Assembly (NCBI GenBank): GCA_001643675.2
Contig: LSRY02000060.1
Coordinates: 372,001-436,000 of the forward strand
Reading direction: 5' to 3'
Length of the DNA: 64,000 nt
Source: Monocercomonoides exilis PA203
Taxonomy: Eukaryota > Protista > Preaxostyla
The notes under the pieces were generated by a model, which had not been told where the DNA came from, ran no database searches, and saw only the letters and a program-made list of their open reading frames with translations. Positions 13,202 to 27,774 of the stretch are shown here, piece after piece (position 1 is the stretch's first letter; every line of letters begins with the position of its first letter). Position numbers and translations under genes: made by a program.

Positions 13202-14863
13202 TATTTAGAAGGCATGCTTTGAATCTAGTGGGTGAATTGCGAGATTCCAAAGATGTGATTGAAGAGTGGGCACAATTCGATAAGACTTCTTTTGAAAACA
13301 AAGAATATAAGAAAAATATTAACACATGCTCTGTTTGAAGAGAATTTAATGAAATAAGAATTCAATCAATATCTTTGTTCATAGAAGAATGTATCGGAGA
13401 AGAAAAATGAATAGAATAAAATGATGCAAAAGCTGTGATGAAGTTTTAAAATTTATTTCCAGTTCATCTGATTAGTTCAATTCAATCTTTTCTGTCGTTT
13501 CTGTCATTTCAATCACTTTCAACTGTTTTTTTCAGAACATTATTTGTTTTGATTGAACGCAGAAAGACATGTTTTCTCCGAGATAATGAGTATTGAATCC
13601 ATTTTGTGTATTGTTTGAGTGAAAACTTCACCTTTTTAAAATGATGTAAAAAAAAGGGGAAGATGAAAATATAGACAAAAACATTTTCTCTATTGAAAAG
13701 TGTATTATGAATTGTCCGCTCCACTTCACCACCGACTTCGCCTTTTGCCATGGTCTCGAAGACCAGAGGGCAGGGGGCATACCCCTCGGAGCTGTCTCCT
13801 GCAGTCCGTGCAGGGATCGGGTGAGGCAAGTGTTCTGTTCGGAGCAGAAAGAAAAACCACTCTCGCTTTCGCTAGGCGTGGAAAAGAAAACTGCGTGCAC
13901 ACTGCTCTGCCTCCCGCTCTTCTACTGATCCAGCAGAGCAAATCCGCTCGCCACACGCTGTATGGACCAGTCTGACTCTTCTCTTTGCACTTCCTTGCCA
14001 TGAATTAAAGGAGAAAGGTTCTTCTTAACGGTTTCACTAACTTTCCTGTTTATCAATACAGGTTATGGATGCACTTGATATCTCTAGACGGTTTCTATCT
14101 TTCTATTTCCCCTGCTATCTCGCAACTTTTTTCTCGTCCTATTCTTCACCACATGTTTCTCTCTCGTTCTCTCACCCAGAAGCTCTGAGTCTCTCCATCC
14201 GCGTTCGTATTATTTCGGAGCAAATCCTATCTCACTGCGTTTTTATAAATTCGCAATAGAGCGAATCTACGAATGCAAGAAGCAGGTTTGCTCCTCAATA
14301 ATGAGTCCTGAAACACCTCGCTCCCTTTTCTCCACTGATCTTAAACCCTCCTGCCTAGCACAATGTTGTGCGGCGGATGAATAGAGGGACTGCGGATGAA
14401 GGTGCGGCACCTATCTCTACTCCTTCCCTCTTTTGGAATGTTTTCGTGGTGTTCTTGATCTGGTCTTCTGCGCTTTCACAGTCATTACAATTTGCCCTAT
14501 GCTTCTCTCTCCGCATTTTCTCCAATTAGTCTCAAATTTTTTCTGTGAGGCAGTCTGTCTGCCCTCAGTCAGCTCCATGAAGATGCGGGGAATTACGCCG
14601 TGCGTCTTCCTTCATTAGGGGAGTTGAGTTAATCTATTCTTTTAACGACTCTTTTCATCTTGAATGAAGCCTCGTTTCTTCGATCTCTTCCTCTTGCTCT
14701 GCTCCTTTCACCCCGCTTTTGATATCTCTTTAGTGTATTCATTTGTTCCTGATTCCGTATTCTCATTTCTTACATCTTTTCTATCTCCATTCTTCTCCGA
14801 CTTGTCTCACTCTCCTGCGAGATGTACTGGTCATGTGATTGTTTCCAGGATCCACCTAGTGTC

Positions 14864-15760
14864 TTAAACCGTGAACATTATGTAAAAATCATAAGCTACT
14901 CTAGAACCTGATGCCCATCTCACGTACGCATTGATTGCTTTCCAATCTGCATCTTGCTGTCTAACTGAGTGTGTGATCACTTCGAGTCTTATCGAGTATG
15001 CGGTGAATGTTTCCGGTATTCCGTTTTCTCTCAGGACAGCCACTAATTCTTCATTGATCCTCTGCAAATTTGCAGGTTGCCTCTCACTGATATCAAACCA
15101 CACATGTTCATTCTGAAAGGTCGTCATTGAGTAGTTCATCCAACGTTGGAGCGCTGCAACAGCATCGATACGTGGATTGGTGTGTTTGTTTATGATAACC
15201 TTAACCGTCTCCCCTCCCGACGTCTTGGCTCATACTTGTGTCTGGACAAAATTATCTCTTTATATTGTTGTCTCTCTTCTCATTCTTTCCAGCTCTGCTG
15301 GCCTTATCGCTCCAAAAATCATGATGAGGATGAGGGCTCTCCTCTGGAGTGTTCGTATATTTTTTGCGTTGTAGGTGGTTTCGGACCATTTGGTGATGAC
15401 TGTCAAGTCCAACATTGATTTGTATCTTTTGCCATTTCTCGGCTTCTCTCCCACATAGGTCTTTAGGAATATTTCAATGTCTTTCACATCAATCTTAGTC
15501 TCCCTGAATAGATTAATAGAATCCAGTTCTTTCTGAACTGTCTGATAAATCACTCCACTTGAGAGGTTCGTGTTCGAAAGCGTTTCAGTGAACTCTGCCA
15601 TAATTAATTTTGCTTCATTTTTTGTGAGGGGGTCAGTATCATCAATACTTTCTTTATCCAAAAATTGCTTGAATCTTCGCAGGGCTCTCCACGTATCTCT
15701 TTAACTTTTCTGATTTTTCAGTATTGATGCTGCTATGTCTGTTGCTCCAACGAATTCTCC
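14864..15760 (-). pseudogene. DIRS tyrosine recombinase (fragmented)
   Basis: LIMIFGAIRPAEL (catalytic Arg box), FTAYSIR (HSIR-like), RWASGSRVAYDFY (terminal Tyr box). Confidence 0.85.
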
Positions 15761-15837
15761 CCATGTCAGGAAGAGGTCCCTTCCTGGGATATTTTCCTCT
15801 CCAGTTTAACGCTTATAACCTCTCCTGGGGGTAGTTT

Positions 15838-16086
15838 TCAGCCTTCCCTTCTCATCTTCGCTCCAGGGATCATGCACTCTTGAAAGGTCCCCAGTGTCTT
15901 TATCAAATACCCAGGCTGCAGCAGCGGGGTCCAGGTCTGCCCCCGCCAGGCTGGTAGAATCAGAATCGTCAGATCCCTCTGGGCTTCCTTCATCTTCTCT
16001 TTCATCACTCGTCCAATGTTTCTCAGGAACGGGTGGACTAGCACTATGTCGTCTTCTGGTGTTTCTCTCTCTCTCCTCCTTCTCAA
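15838..16086 (-). pseudogene. DIRS adenine-methyltransferase-like (MT) domain fragment
   Basis: LVHPFLRNIGRV..K.....ILILPAWRGQTW.PLL resembles the DIRS MT motif PP..LI.RVL.K...LI.P.W..Q.W...L; located between RNase H and YR. Confidence 0.7.
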
Positions 16087-16110
16087 AGAGGATAGTCTCT
16101 AAGTACTTCC

Positions 16111-17951
16111 TCAGAGCACCGGAGCAATCGTGTCTGCAATTATATCAAGAGTTCTCAGTGCGACTATTTGCAATACCTCTGCGACTTCCTCCTCCCTCAG
16201 TGCATAGTCCATCTTTCTCGCCATTCGGCTGAGTGTGTGTGCTTCCTTGTTTTGTTCTCCCGTGAGATTTTCCGTTTGAATCGTAATGTCCAGGCTGTTC
16301 AGTTTCTTCTCCAATGCTCTCAGTGTTGGAATGAGCGATGGCGCTCCCCTCTTCTTCCGTATTGTCCATCTCGTGGACATGTTGTCTGTCCTCAGACGAA
16401 TATGGTCTATCCTCTGTTGTTGCAGCCATGCTCCTTTTCTCTCTCGTGTCCTCAACACTGCTCTGAACTCCTTCTCGTTTATCGCTAACGCACACTCCCG
16501 GGGTGTCCATCTTCCGTGAAAGAAAATCTTCTCTTCTTTGTTCTCTTTCGGTTCTGTTAACACTGCGCCCCAATCCCGCTCTGAAGCATCCGTTGTTAGT
16601 TCTGCTGGACTCGTTCTCCTCCTCAGACTCCTTGGTCTGTACTCTAGCAGGGTCTTCTTCCAATGTGAAAATTATCCCAACATCATTGGTTTGACTATCA
16701 CAGTTCCCTTCCAGCCCCCGCGGGCTATTGCCTGCTTCAGCATGTGTTGCATGCGCTTCATCCACACGCTCGCTGGTGGGTGTTGCAACCTCACAAAATT
16801 CAGTCTCCCGAGGAGTGCTGCTAGGTCTCTTGTATTTTGAATCCTTCTTCATCTTGCAAGTGCTATCCATCTTCGCACATTCTCCAGGAGCAGCACTCTC
16901 TTCCTCTCTTTAGTGTCACTTCCATCTTCTCTGAATTCCACAACCATCCCAGAAACTCCACGCTCCATGCGGGTTCCAACCTCAGTTTTTCCTCCGACAA
17001 AATCCAGCCCAGATTCCTCAGGAACTGGGCTACCTCCTGTGAAATCAATCTCAATGCATCCCTGTCTGGATGCATGAGGAGAATGTCGTCCAGGTATATC
17101 ACTAGCTTCACTCTCCACTTTTCTCTGATATATGACGCTGCCCGTCTCATTATCTTCGTAAAAACTCTGGGCGCATCCTTTGCCCCAAACGGCATCCCTA
17201 CGTTAGCGTAACATTGTCTTTGAAAGCTTTAGCACAGATAGGTACTGAATTGATCGTCCACCTTGACATGCTGATATGCACTCGATATATCCAGGGTGGT
17301 CATCCAATCGCACTTCTCCAGGAGTTTCACCACTGTCTTCTGGGTATCCATCTTGAAGTGTTTTCCCTGTTCTTCCTCGTCTAACGCCCTGAAATCCAGT
17401 ATCTTTCTCCACTTTCCGTTCTTCTTTCGCACAATGAATGTCGGGTTGAGCCACTTCACCTCCGACTCCTGAATGGGCTTCACCACTCCGTCCTTCAATT
17501 CCTCCTCCAAGAGGAATAAATAATTGTTCATCATCTCCGTTGTTCCCCGAAATTCTTGTCTGTGTTTTCTCTCCTCGAGTGAGATTGGGGATTGGGGACT
17601 CTTCCATCGAGCTCTTATACCGCGGCTCACGACTTTGTATCCCCCAATTTCCTTCCACTTGTTCAGTCTGTTCACTACTCTCCCCGGAAGTGGTTCCCTC
17701 AGTGGTCCAATCTCTACCCTCCTCCTCACTTCTGGAATCCTGCAGCCATGCTGCCTCTGTGTATTCCCTTCTCCTTCGAGAGTATCTACAATAGCTATCT
17801 TCGAGCACACCTCCCGGGCGCTCCCAATTGGGGACTCGATAACATTCCAAGAAGCTCTCATGACTCCAATCTCGTTCCTCATCTCGCTCGTCTGTCTCGT
17901 CACTCGGGGATATGCGGAGTCTTCTTCTGTTCTCGTTGTCTCGTGTCGCAC
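16111..17951 (-). pseudogene. DIRS reverse transcriptase / RNase H (frameshifted)
   Basis: F.V.KKNGKWRKILDFR, HFKM, TLDISSAYQHV, MPFG..DAPRVFTKIM, VIYLDDIL, FLG; RNase H motifs TDAS..WG, IN.KE, TDN, N.EA..LSR. Confidence 0.92.
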
Positions 17952-18285
17952 ATCTTCTATCGATATCTCTCTCGCCGAATCCCCCGTGGTTTCTCGTTCT
18001 CTCCTTTCTTTGGTCTGACGAGTTCAGAGTCCCTCTGACGTTCACCTGTTGTTTCTGCATTTCCGTCCCTGATCGCGTCTCGCTCGGAGCTACGGTTGCT
18101 CGTCGTTTATTCGTCTCGCTGAAATTTGCATCTCTCTCTTCTCTCGGTCTAGCGGCAAAGTGCGGATCTCTCTTCTATCCCAACTCTTACGACCACTTGT
18201 TGGCTCCGATTGTTTGTTCCATCGCTGTCCCTGCTTGGGTCCTTGGGGGAGCCGGTGGCAATGATCTCGTAATAGGGCCTGGCCT

Positions 18286-19101
18286 TCAAGCGATGGTTGG
18301 GACGAACTGTGCCTGAAACTTGGGCGTTCTCTTCTTTCCCCTGAAATCTGTGAAGCTCCTGCTGTATCCCCTTCTCTGGAGCTGTCTGTATACAAATCCC
18401 TGAGTGCTCTTTCCCGAACTGCATCTTCTCAAAGGTCCACTTCTGGCCGTTGAGGGACCGAAACCTGCTGAGGAATCGGGAGATGCACAGTACCCTGCGG
18501 CATCTCCCTCTGCTTGAAAAAAACTGGTGCTCTCTACCAGCTTCTTCAGGTTCTCCGGAACCTCTTCGGACATTCCTCCTTCAAGAAACCCTTTCGCGCT
18601 TTCCCAACCCGATTGGGGTGTAACCTTAAGAAGGTTAATTCTGCTAATACAGTCAGCAATAAGTGCATAGGCGCAAAACAGTCCTCTCAATCGTTCTTTC
18701 TCTTCTTCCATGAGGTGCGCCTTCTCTTGTTCCTTCACTGTTGGTGATGCGATTGCTTTGGCTGCTTCAAAGCCCGATTCTAGGTCCGGCTGGAGGAGTT
18801 CAATTGCTCGTCTCGCTTCTAGTGAATCTCTTCTCCCCTTTGTTGTGATGGCTGTTCTGGCTAGAGCATTCCAATTTGTGTCTGTGTATCCCGTGAAAAA
18901 TTCCTTTTCTCTCTCTGGAATAAATGTATTCAAGATATCTTCACTCATTCAAATTGAGCCATTTTTACAAAACTCCATGAACTTCTTCAGCTCACCCACC
19001 TGTCTCCGGGGTATCAGACATTCATCCGGAAAATTTCCAAAAAAGTCTTGTGAGTTTTCTTCTTCTTCCCTCTCTTATGCACTTCCGGAGTCACCTTCGG
19101 G
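18286..19101 (-). pseudogene. DIRS gag-like ORF, interrupted at 19101
   Basis: 220-aa ORF upstream of RT in the same GC-rich block; assigned by position only. Confidence 0.6.
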
Positions 19102-19599
19102 CATAGGTACATTTTGTACCAGTTTGGAAAAGAGTTATTAATAAATATAATAAATATTATATTAATGCATATAATTATTGCAGAAAAACTGTGGATGGAA
19201 AAAGTCGAAATTCTTCCATCATAAAATAAAAATTTTCTGGATTTTTCACAACCCATAATATTTTTCTTCAGATCATAAAGAATTATAAATTTAATATTTC
19301 AAAGAATAACGTTTCGATATGAATTACATATGATTTATTTTTGTTCAAATCATTTATATTTTTAAAATGTTAACTGATAATGTCAAAAAACCAATCGAAT
19401 GCTGTTCTTTTCACAAAATAACTTTATTCGTGCATTTATTGTTTTCGGAAAAATCGAAAATGAAATCATGTGATAAATAATATATAATACAACAATTTAT
19501 TGATGATTTATGAGCGTTTGTTCAAAATTGGTTTTAATATTCTCTCAAACGGTTTTTAATTTATTTTAAATTTTTATTGATTTGACTGAATAAGAAATG

Positions 19600-20315
19600 A
19601 CACTTTTAGTGGAGGAAGAGCTTTCTTGTTTGAGTACTCATTCTCAATATGCTCTCTTTCAGATCAATAATGTGGAGGGATGCGATGTTTTGGAGTTCCG
19701 GCTTCATTCAAAATGAGAAGAGTCCAATTTATTTCGTGCTCAGCAGTGTCATATGGCGGAGGATTGCGCTTTAATCCTGATCAATCAGCATCCCCAAGCA
19801 ACAATCATTGTTTTTATTTCTTCTTCTTCCACGATTGCATGAGTACTAATTCCACTCCATATGGTCATGATGTGTTTTTTCAAGATCTACACAATCACTT
19901 TTCATCAAACAATCCGTTCAAAGAATCATGCACAACGAATACAAATGAGAAGAGAGTGTGCTATTATTATAATAGTTATCAGCATACAGAAAAGAAGGAT
20001 TGGCTGAAGGAAGGGGTGAAAGATAGATATGTTGGGGTGAGTGGAAGTGACTCGAGCAATCTGTGTGGGATGAGCGAGGCAGCACCTTGCAAGACGGTGG
20101 GGCATGCAGTGTGGTTGAGCATAACACAGCTGAGCTCGACAATCACGTTGCTGGGTGGGAGGCATGTGAGCGAAGAGAAGACAATCAGTGTTGGGGAAAA
20201 GAAGATAATAATAACAGGGAAAGGGAAGACGGTGAGTGTGATTGGGACGAATTCTCTTTCTTCGACTTCGACAGCGCTCTTCAATGTGACGAGTGGACAG
20301 TTGGAGTCGAAATAA
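19600..20315 (+). pseudogene. Beta-helix family gene fragment (cargo)
   Basis: YGGGL, YGHDVFF, RYVGVSGSD...CG....PCKTV motifs; truncated at both ends. Confidence 0.7.
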
Positions 20316-23300
20316 TTATGCTGGCCAAGATAACAGAAAATCCCAGGTCTGAAGGAGAGCATCCAATAAAGGCATCCGTATTTGTGCTGTCTCAGCCACA
20401 GCTGCCAGAACTGCCGTTGAGATGAAAAAACAAAATTCTGCTGCAGCCCCTCTTCTCCACGCTGCACTCCTCCCAATCTCCGTTTTCATTGCTTCCATCT
20501 TTTTCCCCGCTGTTTTGGCACACACAGAAACCCGGATCATCGAAAAATTCTTCTGTTGCGAAACATCCCCAGATGCACCCTGTTGAGAAAAAAAATAAAG
20601 AAAAAAGAACATTAAAAAGGTGTAACACTTGAACGGGTTCCTCGAGAGGCAAATAAAATAGAACACATCCACCAGTATGGCTGAAAAGATAACTTAGCGA
20701 AAAGAAACAACGCCACCCACCAACATCAATCTACCCCACAAGCCCGCTCATCGGGCAAACTCACAACAATTTGCAGACACTAAGCATTGAATGAGGCACA
20801 CAAATATTCTATATGCAAGTCAGTCCTTGGACCAACAAAATGCAGGCTAAGTTCGAAGGCAGCCCAGCATCCGTGCAGCCACGACCTTTGGAAAACCGTA
20901 TGAATATTACGAATGATTCAGTGCGCATTGTATTAAACAAACATTTGTGTTATATAATGTTTGGTTTTAAAGTTTATAAAAACAATTTGAGTTACGAAGG
21001 ATTCATTGGACTTTATTTTAATTTTTTTTTAACAACTGCTTCAAAAGCAGTGAAATGTTGATTTTTTTTAGGTCAAACAAAATATATACACAATTCATTT
21101 ATCAAAATTTCTGTGAACGCTAAGTCAAATACAGAATTAAACTGATTACGTACCAAACAAAAAATGTTTTCAATTGAACTGAATAAAATAGGAAAAATGG
21201 AAAGAAAAGAAAAATATAATGTGAAAGAAAAAACAGAGAAAATTGAGAAAACAGGAAAAAAAACAAGGATAGTCACCGCCAAATAGACAAGACAATTTTT
21301 GTGAATTTTCGAAGACATTTTTATTTTCTCTCTGAATTACATCAATCTCATGTGTCGACGCATTTCTTTTTCTTCTTCTTCCTCCATCACTTTTTCCAAC
21401 ATACTCCACACCCTCCAATGTTCCATATTTCATATTTTTTTCTTGCCCTTTCATTCGTCAGCTCACTCCACTATCTCTCGTCCAACTTGTCTGAACCTTC
21501 CGCTGATAACTCAAAGAACTGACTCTTCCGTTAGTGCTCCTCTTTTTCAACTCGATTTATTAAGGCTCAATCAGGACCCGGTTTCTGCCCCATAGCTCAC
21601 CACTGCTCTTTCATTTTTTATTCCTCTATCCGCCTTTTCCGCTATCATATCTCCGAAAAACGAATCTGCTGTTGTCTCCATCATCATTGCTAACAATCTC
21701 AACAAGAATAGATATATCTCCATCAAGCACGTTTTTGCCCTTTTCATTTTTCCAGCTCCATATCTTCAATGCACATTCTCATTTCTTTCTCACTTCTTCT
21801 TTCGATCTTCCATTCAATCCTAAACAAAGATTTCGCATTCCAATAAAGCTCTGTTCAATACGCTTTGCATTTTTCACTCTATCCATCGGACCATGCTCAA
21901 GTTCACATTCATACACATGTTCCTATTCTTTTCTTCTTTCCAATTTCCTTCAACACCACAAAAAGCTTATTACCAACTGCCCATTTCCTCTTTGTAATCT
22001 TTGCCTTCAATTATTTTATCCGTCACGCATTCGAGTCAATTGCTTGTCATAGAACTTAAAAATCAAAATGAAGAATTTGCGAATAACAATATCATAACGA
22101 TTAACAACTGGCAAAAATATAAATTCTTGAACTTAAGAAAATTATCGCCAAGGAATATTAATTCAATTCAACAGTTATATTTAGGATTTGTATGTTCCTG
22201 CTTCAAACGTTAAATATGTAAAATAATATCAATAAAACGAATTAAAAAAAAATCTCTCAGACAAACATTGTCCATTGAATTTTTTCAGCTACAACAGCAA
22301 TGTGAAGTTTCCTTGAACTCTTCAAAGTTAACAAATTATATATTAAATTCTTTATGATCTGAAGAAAAATATTATGGGTTGTGAAAAATCCAGAAAATTT
22401 TTATTTTATGATGGAAGAATTTCGACTTTTTCCATCCACAGTTTGTCTGCAATAATTATATGCATTAATATGGGTGATTTTTTTTGAAAGCATAATTTTT
22501 GAATGAAAATTTTCGAAGTGGAAAAAATAACATTGAAATGATTAAAAAACACATGTATTTTGCATTAAGATATTATTTTCGATAATATATTCATATAAGT
22601 CATTATTTTTCTTATCATAACTTAGTTCGAAGAAAGATCATTTTTTTTGATAATTGTGGAAAAAGAGAAAAAACAAAAATAAATATTTTTAAATGAATAA
22701 TCAAAGAATTGTGATTGAATATTAAAAAACAAAGTTGATTTGAGAAAATTCTGAGAAATCCATAATTTAATTTTGTTTTCAGTTATATCTAATATTTGAA
22801 TTATTTGGAATTATGAAGGTTAAAAAGCTCAATAATTTCTTATTGAAGATTACAATTTGAGCATGATTGATTTATATTGCTTTTTTGAAATGATTGACAT
22901 GAACTATCATCAAAAAATGTGTGAATTGTTGATTTATTAAATTTTATTCGAAATTAAAGAATTTATTATTTTGTGCAATATTTTTTTAATTTTATTTATG
23001 TTATGAACGATCATAATACAATATAGGTCGATTCGAGTCGTTGAAGAGAAGCAATATATTTAATAAAATAATTGTATTGTTTTTTTGAATTATGAAACGA
23101 ATAATTGAAAAATAATAATGTCAAATCATGTAAATTGTATGTAATCATTTCGAACATTTTGGATAAAATGTGAAAAGTTACCGCAATGTTTTATTTTGCT
23201 ATTATATTATTTTTCATTGTTTTTTGTTTTTTCTTCATTTCAAACATTGCACTTTGTAATTTTTATTGAAAAGTTTATTATTTTTGAAATTTACACTTTG

Positions 23301-23699
23301 TTTATCACTGAAAAAACATTAATTTGTTAAAACTTAAATGAGACCTAATTTTTTTGATAAATTCGATAGAAGAACTAGTCAAACATAACACATCAATTTG
23401 ATTTCTCATTAAACATATAATTAACTTTAACAATTACAAAATATTTATTTCAATTTACCAGTGTACAGGTGAAATGAAGAAAAAAGATAAAACTTTAAAA
23501 AAAAGTGAAGAAAAATTCGTTTCATAAATGATAGCCAAAAAAAAACCTGTCCAATTGCAAAGCTTCATTTTTTCCAAACTTAAGGCAAATTAATTGTTCC
23601 AATTCAGTTTGCTTCAGAAACATGAAAAGCTGAAATAAAAAAATTTCCTCCAAGACTATTTGCTTTTCATTTCTGAAATTCGAAGAAGCTTATCCTATC

Positions 23700-24440
23700 T
23701 CTTTGAGAAACACGCAATAAATACATCCAACCTCCATAACACTTTTGAGAAATACAAGAATTAAACGAATTATTCTCAGTCTTGACTGAACTGATCGAAT
23801 TTCAAAAAATCACTCCCCCAGCATAATATGCTGTGCAGTTGTTGAACGAACAAAATTTCACTGAAAGTGTTCCTGATGCCTTGTTGTACATGAAAATAGC
23901 TCCACCATTTGAAGTTCCATTACTAATGGATGTCGATGTTCCATTTGCTTTTGACTCATTCCATACACACCAAGTGAATGAATTCGCCCCATTGTCTGTA
24001 ATCTGCTGTCTCGCTGGCTTCGACGGATTATCTTCACTCCCGCTGACTGCAACATTCTCAGACCGATAGCATCTGATAAATGAGGTGTTCGAGGCAGCCA
24101 ATGAAGATGAGGGGCTGTTAAGTGAAGGGACAATGCCCCCATCATACACATCCCACACCGATGAAAACTCACACCCACTCATCAGAAACACTCTTTGGCT
24201 CAGCCCTTCACCCAGATGTGATATTTTTTGTGGATTTGTGGAGATGTTGAAGAAGGTCAGCTGTGTGAGTGTCACAATGGGTGTCAAAGGCGGTGCAAGA
24301 AACGGGGCTGATGAAACACAAAAAGATGAGAAATCTGACTCGCTCACCAGAACACTCCCTCCTCCTTCTCTTTCTTCGTCTCTTCCTTCTCCACCTCTTC
24401 CTTCACCACCTCCTCCTTCACCTCTTTCTCTTCCTCTCAA
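23700..24440 (-). pseudogene. Beta-helix family gene fragment (cargo)
   Basis: VSSAPFL, VWDVYDGGIVPSLN, NGGAIFM, CSFNNCTAYYAGG motifs. Confidence 0.7.
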
Positions 24441-27400
24441 TAAAATATTTCTTATAACCCCAAAAATCTTACAACCCTTTTCTTATCTCTTTCTGCTGAA
24501 AATCTAATGAATCTCATAAAAAAATATAACAGACCTTCGCTGTCAATGCATTTTTTTAATTAATAATCCTATAAAGCTCTTTCCCAAGTTGAATCCACCG
24601 ATTGCCCTTCAGTCTCCATCTTCTGATGTTGTTCTGCTTTTCCTCGCTGTTTTAGAAAACGCAAGCAAAAACAATTTTGTCCAAGCAGGTGAAAAGAAAA
24701 AATCAATAAATCATATAAAAAATTGTCAAATAATATAATTAATAAAAATATCATACCTTTTTTATCCTTCAATCTCGCCAACTTTTGTCAAAGAATCGCT
24801 GCATTCCTCGTTTACTCATCCATTCCGTAATCTCCGGCAAAAACAAAACATTTTACAACCTCCGTCCGTAAAGATGTTCCTTTTGGTTAATATTCCGAGG
24901 AGCATTCCCATCTCCTTTTTTGAATAATTCTTTGTTGAACTGACTTTCCTCTATTTTTCTCCAAAATCCCTTTTCTCTTTTTTCTTCTTCATGCCCTCCC
25001 TCAATTCATATTACCATCTCATTCCCTTCTTTCTGCTCTTCTTCCAATGCTCCAAAAAAATTCATTCTTCTATTTCCTCTTGTTTTCCTTCTTCATCTCT
25101 TTTTCTTTTCCCTATCTTCTGCTTCAATTTCCGCTTCTTTTTCTTCCTCCTCTGTATCATTAATTCCTTGATCTCATTTTTCGCTTAAAATAAGATTCGT
25201 CCTATATGTCTTCCAAAACCTTCTTAAAATTTTTAATCTTCTTTTCCATTTCATTCATTTGCATTTCGCCCCAGCTCATTTCACTCAACGTTCTGCAATT
25301 GTCATATCCTGACTTCTTTTAATGCATCCAATATCCTCTTTTTCCGCATTCCTTGTTCATTCATTGTCGTTGAACACTCATTCAAAAAATCTAGTTTCAT
25401 AAAAAAAATAATATAGGAAAATTTATAATTAAAAAATATAAATACACACCGTTATAATGATCATTCTTCACTGATTTTCTTCTCCTCCTCCAAATATTTC
25501 TCCGTTTTGCCAACAAAACCCATCTGTCTCGTCTTCGTTTCCTTTCTGCTTCCTCAAAAAAAAATCAGCCAAAACCCAATTCTGTATTCTGCTTCCACTC
25601 AAATAACTCAGCCAGCTACATTCTATAAAAAAAACTAGCAATGAAGAATATTTCATCTGATAAGCGCTTCTCACCCCTTTTCGCTGTATCGACTTTTTCT
25701 TCTCCACATTCCCTCCAAAATATCAACGCCCTTCCACCAAATATCGCAACCCCTTCGCACAAATCTATTCCCCTTCACTCCCTGTCACTTCTTTTCACAG
25801 CATCTTTCTTCTAATCAAAATTAAATATCTCCATATTTTGCCTCTCTTTGGTGCAAAACATCCTCTCGTCGTCGGCCCCTCATCTTCCTCTGTCTCCATA
25901 CCACCAATGCAAAGTGCCAGCGCTGATGTTCCTTCTTCCTGTCTTCCTCAGCCTCCACCTCCATCCCTTGCCCTGCAAATGTGAGGCGCGACAAAACGGT
26001 TCACAAAATAAATTATATAAAAATATGAAGAAAAATTTTCTTCATTTTTTTTTTCTTCAACCCCATTTCCCCCTCTACTTGTACATCCACAAAAACTTCT
26101 CCCCCTTGCTCTGCCTCATATGAACCTTCCTCTCTCTCCCTGCATTTGAAAAAAAACCATCCCTTTTCCATTTCTTCTCCATTTCCTTTCCAATTCTTGT
26201 CCTCTCCTCCAAAGATAATATATTCCATTCACTCCACTCATCTTCAGCCCTTCTTCTCTTCCCTTTTATTCCACCTCCTCCACATCAAAATCCTTTTCAC
26301 AAATAATAAACGCAATTCCCACACCTTCCAACTCACAAAAATCTCAGAAACAACCCCTCCCAACCTCATCCCAATCCATCTCCTACACATCTATTTTGCC
26401 TCTTAAACCTCCAAAAAATACGTCTTTCTCCCTCCAAAAAAATATTCCTTTATCGCTCCTTTCACCCTCTCAAAACCCTGTTCATTCTCAATTGCACAAA
26501 TCCATCACCCCATTCCATAAATCCATCCTTTTACAACCACATTGTCTTCATATGCCCATTCAGCCACAGTGCATCGAGTTGTGCCCCTTTTCTTGTGTGA
26601 CTCTTATTCGTTATGGAAAATGATCAAACAAATCTCAAATGCTCAAGAAATATCTACAGAATGAAAATTTCATGTGACCAAAAATGCAGCTGGGCTAAAT
26701 GAAATATTTCTAGTGATGAAAAAGCAGCATCAACAACTCTTTTTTTATTGATGGAAGATGAAATTGTTCATTTTGATTGTTGGATGGCTGTGGGGCTATG
26801 ACATTTTCAATGGAAATGAGAAAATTTTAATGTATGCAATTTTTATTGTTCTATTTGTTGTGAATATATTTACATCTGTAACCTCTCCAAAGTCGTGATT
26901 CAAACAATTTATAAAAAATGGACAATTTATTCCATGCAGAGCAGAACAGCGGAAGGGGGCCAAATGTTATCTTACAAATATATCATTGGAGCATGATATT
27001 AATTTATCATAAATGTTTATGCAACTTTTTTTGGACTCAACATGCGTGATGGATAGAAATACGACGAAAAATGAATTTTGATGGAGCAGAAATCAACGAG
27101 GTTGGAAGATGTCCAAGACAAAAAGGAAGAATGTCCAATTTCTATGAAAAGTGAGCGTTTTTTAAAAAGAGGAAGAGGACGTTTACAAAAATATTTTGTT
27201 GGAAAGATTGGGACAGATGACTGAAACAGGACTTTGGAGGCAGCTAGAGCCGAGCAAGGTGCCTTTCTTGGGATAAGAAGGACAAGACATTGATTTTATA
27301 AACAGAAGAGAGCGATGAAACTGGTTTTCATTGGTTGGATTGAGAGCCGTTAATACGAGAAAAACAGACAATTTGGTGTTATACAAGCAGCTGGAGGCAA

Positions 27401-27774
27401 ATGATAGGCAAAATGGATTTGAGTCATTTTGCTATCGCCTTTGGAATTGCATCATCGAGATTTCTATGCTGGGGACATCATACAACAGAAAGTACTGAAG
27501 ACTGAACTCGACATCATTATCTTTTTCTTCTTTCTCTTCAACTTTTTTATCTTTTCTTCTTCTTTGTAGTCGTCTTCAACACCGAGAAATACGAAATTAA
27601 TTTTCCCCCACATTTTTGTTCATCATTTTCTTCACCTTCTTTGCCATATTCAGTCTAGTCTTCTTCATCCACTTCTATTTTATTTTCTATCATCATCTTC
27701 ATCTTCCGATTCTTCTGCTCCCAGCAGCTTCACCAACACCACCACATCCTTCTCCTTCTCCTTCTTTATCAGCG

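Larger units (their letters stand above)
13690..19101 (-). mobile_element. Decayed DIRS-like tyrosine-recombinase retrotransposon (gag-RT-RNaseH-MT-YR); left boundary approximate
   Basis: Sharp GC increase; domain order and motifs are given in the sub-features. Confidence 0.9.

Noticed and set aside
16145-18747. Many overlapping alternative-frame and antisense ORFs
   Set aside because: Expected by-products of GC-rich DIRS sequence; no independent motifs.
24570-26620. Purine-rich minus-strand stretch with IFTDGG and MDLCN hints of a second decayed transposase
   Set aside because: Too degenerate to assign by eye; needs a frameshift-aware profile search.
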